From Amoebophrya sp. A120 (lineage: Eukaryota; Protista; Dinoflagellata): a stretch of DNA of 64,000 nt. The stretch lies in the NCBI GenBank assembly GCA_905178155.1, contig CAJINV010000012.1:3086802-3150801 (forward strand), given 5' to 3'. This document shows, piece after piece, positions 23,701-33,600 of this stretch. The position numbers and the translations under genes were made by a program. Positions within the stretch are counted from its first letter, which is position 1. Every line of letters starts with the position of its first letter. Below the pieces are notes generated by a model that did no database searches, was not told where the DNA came from, and saw nothing but the letters and a program-made list of their open reading frames with translations.

Positions 23701-26135
23701 ATCTCCATGAGAGGCGTTTCTAGTCTTGTTTTGGCATTTCTAATGCTGTAACCAGGATGAGCAGATGGATTTGTGATGCGTTTGTCCCTGCTAACCTGTA
23801 CCACACTGCGGACTGCAATTTGTGATGTGTGAGTCCCAAAACTTCTACGCTTGTGTTGCAAATAAATCCCCTTCTTGACTCTGAGGTGGGCGGGACGTTT
23901 TTACTTAGCATATTTCTCCGCCTACCTTGGCGGAAAAAAACGCATCCCCGCACTCACCCTGCACGTGCCAGAGCCGTGGAAGGTCCGGGACTTGTCCTGG
24001 CGCACGGGAGCCTGCAGCTTGCGGCGCTGCAGGGACAGAGCGGCGAGGAAGAAAGATGAAAAGCCTGCTTGTTGTACGGAGGTGGAAAATATTAAAACAG
24101 GCGATGCTGCCGGTGGTCCACCAGGTAAAGAAGAAGCTACGGGCACGACAGCAAGCAAGAAGACAAAAAAAGACGGAAAAGTCGTTCCGACCTACATCCC
24201 GCCGGCGGAACGGTACTTGAAGTTGCTGCAAATGGGCGCCTACGCATTGCAAATATGTCTGCTTCTGGAAGTAGGATGCAAGCTTGTGATGCTCTTTGTC
24301 TGTGGTCATACAAAAATCTGTCTTGCGCGAGAGGTAAAAGTTGCGCTTTTGTTAAGTACCTTGATAAAGCCTCTGATGCTACGCTATGCCTTCCGGACCT
24401 CCTAGCTATTGAGACAAGAGCTGCATGGCAAGAAATTCGGTACCTTGCCAGACCCAGACACATTTGCATTTGATAGCGCCGAGGAGCAGGGACTGAGTAA
24501 AGAGTACCAGGAGTTTCTGTATCAGACAAAATAAGCACAAATTGTAGCTTGGTACAAAGTTTTCCGGGCCAAGGAGGACGACGAAAATCAAAATCGCATA
24601 GAATTATGAAATTACTGCGCACGGGATTGCTCCACCTGCATCTTGCATCGGGCAACTACTTCTTGGTGTAGGCATAAGGACGCATAGTGAAGATCACTTT
24701 TGTAGTACTACAGTAATTGTCCCAAAAATGGGAGCAAAATCTTTTGCCATGAAAAGTTTATCTTTGGACAGCAGTGCCACAACTTCCTCCCGGGCCCCGG
24801 TCTGCTTTGGTTCTAGAAAGTCATTTTTTCCCTGCATACGCCGCAACAGTTGCCCTCTCTCGAAGATTCCACGAGCGGAAAAATCTTCGGTACCTGCCTC
24901 CGCGTCTTTTGGGGGAAGATTTTTTGCACAGCGCTCTTCCTGCTCGTGCAGGGAATTTTGCTGTATGGAAGGGGAAACAAGCTGTGTTAGTGCAAGTCTG
25001 TGATGCGATTCAACATGCAGAGCAATTGTAGAATTATTAGGTGGCCAACTTCTACGCGCCGGTCTTCATGCATTGCACAGTCCTCCCAACCGTGTTTGGG
25101 TTTCCGTTTCCCTCTTCTATCTGCGCATGGCAAGGAGGTTTTTTTGTCATGCCCGACAGTGGTCAACAGATTCGTAATGCTGTTTGTTCCCATACAAATT
25201 GGATGCTAACACAGTTTTTTTCTTGGATATTTATCGCACGCTGCGCATTCCCATTAAGTACTCCTGGGCGGTGCTTGTTTATTCGATAAAGACCTATCCT
25301 GAGTTGTAAAAACGTTTCCATCCCATACTTATTTGTCATGGAAATGTGCAAGCGTAAAATCTTTGTCATACGCAGGAGCGTTTTTTTAATGCCCTCTGGC
25401 AGTTTGTCAAGCTAGATTCTGGGTAAGCTGATCGAGATTGACTAGGGATGCAGCTGCAGTTGCTCCGCACGATTACACTGGAAGACCACACTTGTCATAC
25501 GTGAGTCGTCCCAAAACTTCTGGATTCGTGTTGCAAAGTGCCCATCGCCATTTTGACTCTGGGGTGGGGACGTTTTTACTCAGGATAATACCCACCCGCT
25601 CTTCTGGGTCGTGATGCTTTGCCTTCGGTACTGCCCGAAAAGATTTTTGTACGCAGACAACTACGGCCGGGGAAAGGATGTAACCGTCTGTCTGTCCTTC
25701 CCAGAGTTTGTGGAGGTATCGAAAGGAAAAATCCCCCCTCCCCCTATCAAAACGAAATTTCTGATGCTGGATTTGTCTACACAAATCCGTGTATTGCTGG
25801 AGAGCACTGCAGGCCCATACTACGTGTGAGCAGAGAGGTTTTTGCCTCGGCACTTAGCATGAAAAACATCCGCGCTGTAGGCCCAACAGCATGTCAAACC
25901 GCCTGCACAATGCGGCGGCTGTCTGTGGAGTTGCCTTCTTGCAAGACAGACACGATTTGTGGCCACAAATCAGCATCACAAATTTCCACCAAAAATATAC
26001 CTTTTTAGTATGGGGAGGGGGGATTTTTCCTTTTGAGAGGAGGTGCGAAAAAACTACGAATGGCAAAAAGTGGAAATGGTCGAAGAAGATGTAGGGTCAG
26101 TTGGTGCAGGGATGGCGGGAAAAAAGAGCCAGTGA
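20725..26135 (+). CDS. Gamma-glutamylcyclotransferase (GGCT/AIG2-like, resembling fungal GliK-type); at least 12 introners; exons at 24520-25230 uncertain
   Basis: Spliced motifs YYFGYGSNM, PAILRNYQLTFDLPGFPLAEPSWANI, GVLIEMTRKDF, PAERYLKLLQMGAEEQGLSKEYQEFL. Confidence 0.85.
20854..21134. mobile_element. Introner, family A
   Basis: TIR; DR GAAAA/CAAAA. Confidence 0.88.
21183..21478. mobile_element. Introner, family B
   Basis: TIR; DR CTGCG/CTGAG. Confidence 0.88.
21510..21816. mobile_element. Introner, family A (diverged)
   Basis: TIR relict; DR decayed ATCTT/AGAAT; frame restored. Confidence 0.75.
21940..22201. mobile_element. Introner, family A
   Basis: TIR; DR ACTTC. Confidence 0.92.
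22258..22605. mobile_element. Introner, family C (diverged)
   Basis: TIR; DR GTTGA. Confidence 0.85.
22644..22865. mobile_element. Introner, family A (ends ATG)
   Basis: TIR; DR CGAGC. Confidence 0.88.
22926..23246. mobile_element. Introner, family A (older member of a twin)
   Basis: Starts TAC; DR TTGAT/CTGAT. Confidence 0.8.
23252..23512. mobile_element. Introner, family A (younger member of a twin)
   Basis: TIR; DR CTGAT/CTGAT. Confidence 0.9.
23628..23912. mobile_element. Introner, family B
   Basis: TIR; DR TTTCT. Confidence 0.88.
24241..24475. mobile_element. Introner, family A
   Basis: Starts TAC; DR GCGCC. Confidence 0.88.
25295..25587. mobile_element. Introner, family B
   Basis: TIR; DR AGACC/ATACC. 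Confidence 0.85.
25717..26038. mobile_element. Introner, family C (ends AGA)
   Basis: TIR; DR GGAGG. Confidence 0.9.
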
Positions 26136-27110
26136 GATTGCAGCTGAGTATAGAGAAAGAGAAATCAAATGACTTTCCAACTTTTTTTTCTCCTCACGCG
26201 CTATTTACGGGTTTCTAATATAATTCATTCTAACCCGATCGCTCCCTCTCGCCATTTTGTCCGCCCGGTCCTTTCAGTCGACGGTGCTTCTTCGGAATTC
26301 CTGTTGCGTGATGTTCTATACTGCACCCGCTTTGATAGATGACATGATCTGGTCTTCCTTCTGTCCTTGAAAACGTATGTTTTTTGCAACACCTTCTGCG
26401 GCATGACGATAGATTTCCGTCTTCTGTGCATAGAAGGCGGTAGAAGTTCCGGCACCTTCTTGTTTCCGTGGATGTCACGTCACGACTACTATCATGTCAG
26501 TACTCTCGTCTCCCCGTCCATAAGATAAATCGCCAAAATGCTGGGGAAGTACGACAAGCACTTGAAGATTGGAAAGAGCAATCGGCGCTGCTTAAAGTAG
26601 ACGACGAAATATTTATAAGTAAGTACATATAGGTACTTGATTGCTGATGAATCATGGCTAGTATTGCTCGCGATGAAGTTGTTCGCACTGCGTCTGGAGG
26701 AAAAGAATTTGAGTTCGTTGCTTCTGCAAAACTCGTCAAGGAAACTGCGCTCGTCAAGAGTGTGACTCGCCAGTCATTTGTCAGAAAAGTCTAGGACACG
26801 GTGACAATTTTTTTTTGCGTACGTCGTTTCGCTCTCTGTCTCGTGGGACGAAAGTTTATAGCGAAGACCCATCCTATGTTCATCTTGTACGGTCACGAAT
26901 TCTACTATCGTGCTAGCACTCTTTACGTATAGGCGTAGCATGAAGAAGTAGTCGTGTGTGAAGTATTAACAAGTTTCTACCTCGTCGTCCAACGAGAACG
27001 ACTACTTCAGAGCGTATTTTTTATCCCACCGTTCCTGTGTAGTATCTCTGTCTCTCTCAGCACAGCAGGGAATTAGGCAAAGATGAATAGAGTTAGAGTA
27101 AGTAGTACTT

Positions 27111-27862
27111 TTGTTATCAACCTCTGTGGCTGATCGGCACAGGATCTTGATACTGCTCTTTTGTTTGTTGTTCTTCACGGTAGAGAACGCGCACGGCGAG
27201 TGTGCTCGCGAACTGGGGTCTCAGCGGATCTTGGAGGGAAGTGACAGTTGCAATATGATACGCCGACCTCTTCTTTCATTGTTTCGCGCGAACACGTCAG
27301 GCAAGAACTGCGAGAAGACGAGCCCATGTATGCACCCAAGCTGTGGAAGACACGAAACCTACCAGGTTGCGACAATTGGCAAGGTTTCGCTGGCACTCTG
27401 CAGCGCTTCGGAAGCGGAAACTTCGGAATCAAAGCAAACGGATCCTGTGATCCGAAGCGCATCGCCGGTGAAAAGGAAAACTGCCATCAAGTGACTGAAG
27501 CGGAGACTTGCAATATGGCGACCGTCCAGTTTAAGAACGTTGCATGCGATTGGATCCCTATGGCGTCATGCAAGTGGGATGAGACGATGTCGAAGTGTGT
27601 CACATCTTTTGATGATTGTGATACATACAATGAAGATGTAAAGGACGAGACGGGCGATTTTTGCGGGCCGGAGACCCAGTACGCATGCACCTGGCAGGAG
27701 CATGGAGCTGCCAACGGGTCCGGAGTTTGCCGTCCGGTCGGCGGGGATGAAGATTTTTCGTGGACATGGGACGAGACTCTCGTCCCTGTCGACTGGACAT
27801 GGCAGCCACGAAACCTCATGGAACTTCAACACAAAACCTCTTTAGGCACGTGCCTTGTATAA
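27111..27862 (+). CDS. Putative secreted cysteine-rich protein; start and splicing uncertain
   Basis: ORF 27248-27862 is Cys/Trp/Asp-rich with coding-like composition; a hydrophobic signal-like stretch ILILLFCLLFFTVENAHG lies upstream in another frame. Confidence 0.5.
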
Positions 27863-28639
27863 AATATTAATGCGGCGACTACGTGTGCTGTTGTGTTTTT
27901 CATTTTCAGTCTACGCGTCTCAGTCTCTGTTGCAAACTCATTCTCAGTCTTTGATTAAGTTTTGTTTACATATTTTGCAAGGCGAGAAACTACATATGTC
28001 GCAATACGACACAAGTACTAGATAAACTTGATGTCGATTGAAGATTATGTGGCAAATTTTCAGAAACCCACGCAAATTTTTGCACTGTCCTGCGCACTGC
28101 AATTGGTGCCGAGCCAGCTCAATCAAATCATCACTGTAAAGCGATTTCTGGCAAATGCAAAACTACTTCGAGCTTCATCCATGTATGTTTTCAGCATAGC
28201 GAGCAATCTGTCTTCTACTTCTTTCACGCTGCAGAATCAGTTACAATACACTACCGCACGACTTCTACTTACTTATCACGGCCTACTTTCAGTCTTGACA
28301 CAGTCACGACCTGGAACCTAAGCGAGCACGCTTCACCACCCCAGTGTTGCGCAATAAAGCATCCCGATCTCCCCGTACTTTGTAACGTTCGCTAAAGCCG
28401 CGCGGAATACTAGTAGCCCTATTGAATACAGGCCAGAGGTGGAGTGCCATCCAGTTGGCGGCTCACGCGACTCGTTTTTATTTTTGCCTCCCGATCTTTT
28501 TGCTTTTTATTGTACTGCCCAAATGTCTCTACTTGCAAAAAGAGAAAAAATATGCTCTTCAACAACGTAGTTTTCAGCGAATGCAATGTCTCCAGTCACG
28601 GCTTTTCCCTTTTGAGCCAAAGATGAATAGCGGAGACAT

Positions 28640-28736
28640 AGAAAAACGCAAAAAAATTACATATGAGAAAAACACAAAAAAACTACATATGAGAAAAACA
28701 CAAAAAAATTACATATGAGAAAAACCCAAAAAATAC
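28640..28736. repeat. Minisatellite, ~26-bp unit GAAAAACACAAAAAAATTACATATGA, ~3.5 copies
   Basis: Seen directly. Confidence 0.8.
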
Positions 28737-30601
28737 ACTGGTTGTGCGGAGCATCAACAGCTTTGAAGTGCAAAGTGCAGCTGCAGGCCCGATCCAAAAT
28801 GCAGGCACCAGCTTCCAGAAAAGTTTTTATCTGAGTCTCAGCTATCCCGACCTACTCCTTTTTTCGCATTTATACCACAGTCCACGCAATAGCCTTGCAG
28901 CAAGATGCGGATGTTTCAGCAACTTCAAGTGAGTTCCCAAAGTAGAGGTATGCTTGACACTACCGCGCTCCGACCTGCTTTATAAATCGAACTTAGGTAC
29001 GTAACAAGTTTACTTTGAAAAGTAGCAGCGGCGCGAAAGGAACAAGCACGAAGCCACCGGCTGGTGTCCCGTGTGCTAACCAGGAGGTCCTCATTTTGTC
29101 GGGACACGCAAAACGCATACTATTGTTTTAGTACTGCTGATATGCGCCTCGGTCATCTAAAAGTTTTAGTAAGAAGTAAGACTAAGAATCCGGCTTCAGA
29201 GCGTCAACCTCCGGGGCAATAGATATCACGAAGCTACTAGTACAGGAATTGTCACACGGGCGCTCTTGCAGTTTTATCCAAATTGCATCGGGATGAACAG
29301 CATCGACATCTTGTCGGACTTTCTATAGCCTCTAGAGTTTCCTCCCCTCGTTCTGAACTAAACTGCCCCAAGCTCAAGACTTTCCCTCCCCCACAATTTT
29401 TTTCGAAACCCGCAAACGTAGGAGCGCTAGCGCTTTCAGACTGAAGCAGAAGCTTTTTCGCCCGTGACCAGATTCGGCTAGCAACATGCCAGCGGTACTG
29501 GTGCGGTAGAAGAAACTTTCGGATGAAGCGCTGTGACTCCAGCACCCTAGCCATGCTTTCCCCCCGTTTTCGTTTAAGTACGTGTTTCCACCCTGCCCCA
29601 ACCCCAACCCTTGCTCGTGAAGCGAAGTGTTTGTTTGCTCCGTCTGCTGTACCAGGAGCAGGAGAGGATCATGGAAAATACTCTACTGTTTTGAAGATTC
29701 CACTCCTATGTAAGTAGATCAATGAAATCTACATAGTCAGTAGCGCAGGAATGACGCAAACAAAGCTTCGAACAACCACTCCGACATCCCCTAAGAAGCG
29801 TAGGTCTTTCCCGACTAGCACTAGATAATAGCAGGCCCCCGACGTAGCCCGACAGGAGCCTCGGCTAGACGAAATCATACAAGGAAAGTGCAAAAGAACC
29901 TCCAGCAGGGTGCGGAAATGCACCCACATGCCCTCCCCCCCAAGATCGAGACCAAGACCCAAACTCTTTTCTACAATGGTATGATATAAAATGACTGCGC
30001 GTTGCGAATTACTGCGGGCATATCCTGCCAGTGCTGTCGTAAATCGCAAGCGCAGTGAAAAAAAACTAAAAATGTACTAAGCGCACAGTTGCACCACAAG
30101 CCCAGTTGTGTGCGACTTTGCTGGGTGGCAGCCCGAAGCAGGCCGAGAAAGTGTTCCAATGGATCAGCGACTTTATTGACAAGTCTTCCTCGTCTCCTCG
30201 GTCATGTCGCAAGTCGCGTTTGAGTCCGAGTTTTTTGTTTTGGCCTTTTAGCCAGCGGGTACCGTGGATCTTTTGTCCGGAGCGAAGATCTCCGCCTCAA
30301 GGGTTGCTGCCGTGGTCAAGAATGTAGAAGCGATGTTCCTAATATCTTGGTTCGAAGAGGAGCTTTTTTTTCTTTTATTTTTCCAGGAGCTGCACCCAGA
30401 TGGATCCCGTGTTCACCTTGATGTCATAACCATTGGAGCTCAGGATCATACATGCTTGACGCTTGTCGCCAATTCCGCATGAAAGGGACTTTTTGATCTG
30501 TGTGGGAAGATGAAAAAAAGGTTACGGCGGCCTTCTGACTTGGACGTACCGAGGTGAAAAAATTCGAGCTCGTACAGACACGCGAGTAGAGTATTCCGTG
30601 C

Positions 30602-33600
30602 ATGTCGAAGACTTCAAGGTCAGAGATTCAAATGCCTCGTCTGCCGTTCGTGCGTGTAGTCCTCGCTGCGCCCTGTGGTCTCTTGCTCACGCAACTCAGT
30701 AAGCTTCTGGCCGAGGCTCGAGTGGTGGACACGTGCAGGGAAGCCATCAATGACTTCTACTTCGGTCTCTACGAGGATGAAATCGACGGGCAGCCCGTGC
30801 TGTCCAAGGCCGATCCCGAAAACAACTCTACCGTGCAGCTCGAATGTATGGGAGTGTCAGAATCGAAATTGACAAAATCGAAATAATTTGCCATGCATAA
30901 AATAGATTCCAGCTCGAACCCAGTTTCTAAGTGGCGCATGACAAATTCTGGTGGTACCTGAATACAGTTTGCAATGCTGTTTAGGCAAAGAAGACTGATT
31001 CTCTCATGCTGCTTTAGCAGCTCGAGCTATAACCCCAAAGAGGCTTACAATCGGCCTCACTTGCCTGCTCTGCATCACACGTATTTCGCGTCATGCATTT
31101 TATGCATGACAAACAAGGTCCGAGCACGGGGACAGAGTCCCCGCGCGGCGACCTTCCGGCATTTGTCTGGGACGAGTTCATCGGGGGTTGTGGTGGCTGG
31201 CACAGGGCGGGCAGGCCCCTGCAGCTCGGTGCCTCTGTGTGTCCTGCGCTCCCTGATCCGCGACAGACCTACGGACGGAGCTCCTCTGCTTGCCCACACT
31301 AGATCCGCTGGCCCACCGCGAACAGTGAAACAAAAAGAAAAGAAAGGAAGAAGCTGGCGCCGGGCCGGGTCGGTGCCGATAGCACCGGCGCCACGTCTGT
31401 AGCTGGCCCCTAGGTCATGACGCGGGGACCGAGTCCCCGCGCTGACCTAGGGCTTCTGCCCCTGGGCCGTGCGGTTAGTTTCCGGGAAGCGCCAAAAGCT
31501 GGCCCCTAGATCATCACGCGGGGACCGAGTCCCCGCGCTGACCTAGGGCTTTTGCCCCTGGGCCGTGTGGTTAGTTTCCGGGAAGCGCCCACAGCAGCTG
31601 GCCCCTAGGTCATGACGCGGGGACCGAGTCCCCGCGCTGTCCTAGGCGGGCTTTTGCCCCTGGGCCATGCGATTAGTTTCCGGGAAACGCCCAAAGCTGG
31701 CCCCTAGGTCATGACGCGGGGACCGAGTCCCCGCGCTGACCTAGGGCTTCTGCCCCTGGGCCATGCGGTTAGTTTCCGGGAAGCGCCAGCAGCTGGCCCT
31801 AGGTCACGACGCGGGGACCGAGTCCCCGCGCTGACCTAGGGCTTTTGCCCCTGGGCCGTGTGGTTAGTTTCCGGGAACGAAGCGCCCGCAACAGCTGGCC
31901 CCTAGGTCATGACGTGGGGACCGAGTCCCCGCGCTGGCCTAGGGCTTTTGCCCCTGAGCCGTGCGGTTAGATAGTTTCCGGGAAACGCCCAAAGCTGGCC
32001 CCTAGGTCATGACGCGGGGACCGAGTCCCCGCGCTGACCTAGGGCTTTCGCCCGTGGGCCGCGCGGTTAGTTTCCGGGAAACGCCCGAAGCTGGCCCCTA
32101 GGTCATGACGCGGCAACCGAGTCCCCGCGTTGACCTAGGGCGTTTGCCCCTGGGCCGTACGAGAAACCCGCTCTGGATACTTGAGCCCGCTCTGGATATT
32201 TGTTCGATTCGGATCCACGTATGCTTTCTGCTCTGGATATTCAGTTTCTCTGCCCCCTGCTCTAGATGTGGTAGCCGAGGGCGCGCAGGGGGTTTGTCTG
32301 GGGTGTGTCGGGGGTGTCTTCCGGGGGTGTGAGACGGGGTTCTGCCTGGGGTGTGACGGGGGGGTGTGTCGGAGGTGTGTCTGGGGTGTGTCCGGGGTGT
32401 GTTCGGGGTGTGTGTTGCAAATTGCAAATCACGATGCTACGCAGCCACTTTGCATACCCCAGAACACACCCCAAAGCTTCAGCACTTCTTGTCGGGGGGG
32501 GGTGTGTCGGGGGTCTGTCTGGGGTGTGTCTGGGGTGTGTCCGGGGTGTGTTCGGGGTGTGTTCGGGGTGTGGCCTGCAAATTGCAAATCACGATGCTAC
32601 GGACCCACTTTGCATACCCCAGAACACACCCAAAAGCTTCAAAAGTTCTGGTTTGCTGCAGTTTAAATAGTAATTATTTCGATTTTGTCAATTTCGATCC
32701 TGACAGTTCCATAGAATGGGCAAAGTATGCGCAGTGCGTGAAGTACGTCCGGCGGGACGCTTTCACGGCGAAGGAGTACCTGGTATGGATTGCAAATATG
32801 TCTGGGTCTGGAAGAGCCAAACTTGTGATGCTGCATTTGGATGCTAAAAAAATCTGTATTGCATCAGTAGCAAGAGGAGTCAAATGTGGCTACGCGGAGA
32901 GGGCATTTGTCATGCAGGATGCGCATCGATAGGCGCGCAAAAAATCTGTGATGCTATGGTATACATCACAGACATCATCATGGATCATGGAAAATGTGCA
33001 TGGCAAACTTCTCCTCTTCCAGACCCAGACATTTTTACATTTGATACCTGGAGAGTATAGACAAGCCGGCGTACTCGGTCGCGTTGGGCTAGGGTTGTGT
33101 CAGGATCGCAAGCGTCAGAGTTGAAATAATAGTTTGTCATGCATAAAATGCAACGCAGAAATTGCCTCTATTGCAGAGGACGCAAGGGAGGCAGATTGTG
33201 GCGCTGGTAAGGGTCGAGAATCGGGCTGCTGATTAGCATCACAGAGAGGAGCCCCAGCCCCTTTGCCCGAAACAGCATAATAAACTGGCCTCCGGTACGG
33301 ACAAAATTTGTCATGCACTGACTAGAAACTGTGGGTCCAACTCCAATGGGTATCGATTTTATGCATTACAAGTGGTTTTAGTCGGTTTAGCATTACAAGT
33401 TATTTCAACTTTGTCGATTTCAACCCTGACACATCCATATGGGCCGACAGTACCCGGTTCTGCTCACCCCCGCAAAGCCCGACCTCAGCCGATATTTCCT
33501 CATTCCCGCATTAGATTTCGTGGTGGGCGGGTTCGTGAAGCATTCGGGCGTGTACGATGCGGCGGAAGAGCACGTGCTGCGGAGATTGCTATGAACTGCA

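Larger units (their letters stand above)
30847..32713. mobile_element. 1867-bp introner, family H, carrying internal tandem arrays
   Basis: ~42-bp TIR TATGGGAGTGTCAGAATCGAAATTGACAAAATCGAAATAATT; DR GAATG; removal gives QLEWAKYAQ. Confidence 0.92.

Noticed and set aside
31401-32157. CRISPR array
   Set aside because: Units are near-identical over ~95 bp with no unique spacers, no cas genes, eukaryotic intronic context
30855-32705. TGTCAG...CTGACA element or GT-AG intron at these coordinates
   Set aside because: The TIR extends to TAT/ATA at 30847 and 32713 with a perfect GAATG DR, which fits the general rule
32098-32932. Cys/Gly/Val-rich ORFs
   Set aside because: Translations of the GGGGTGTGT repeat
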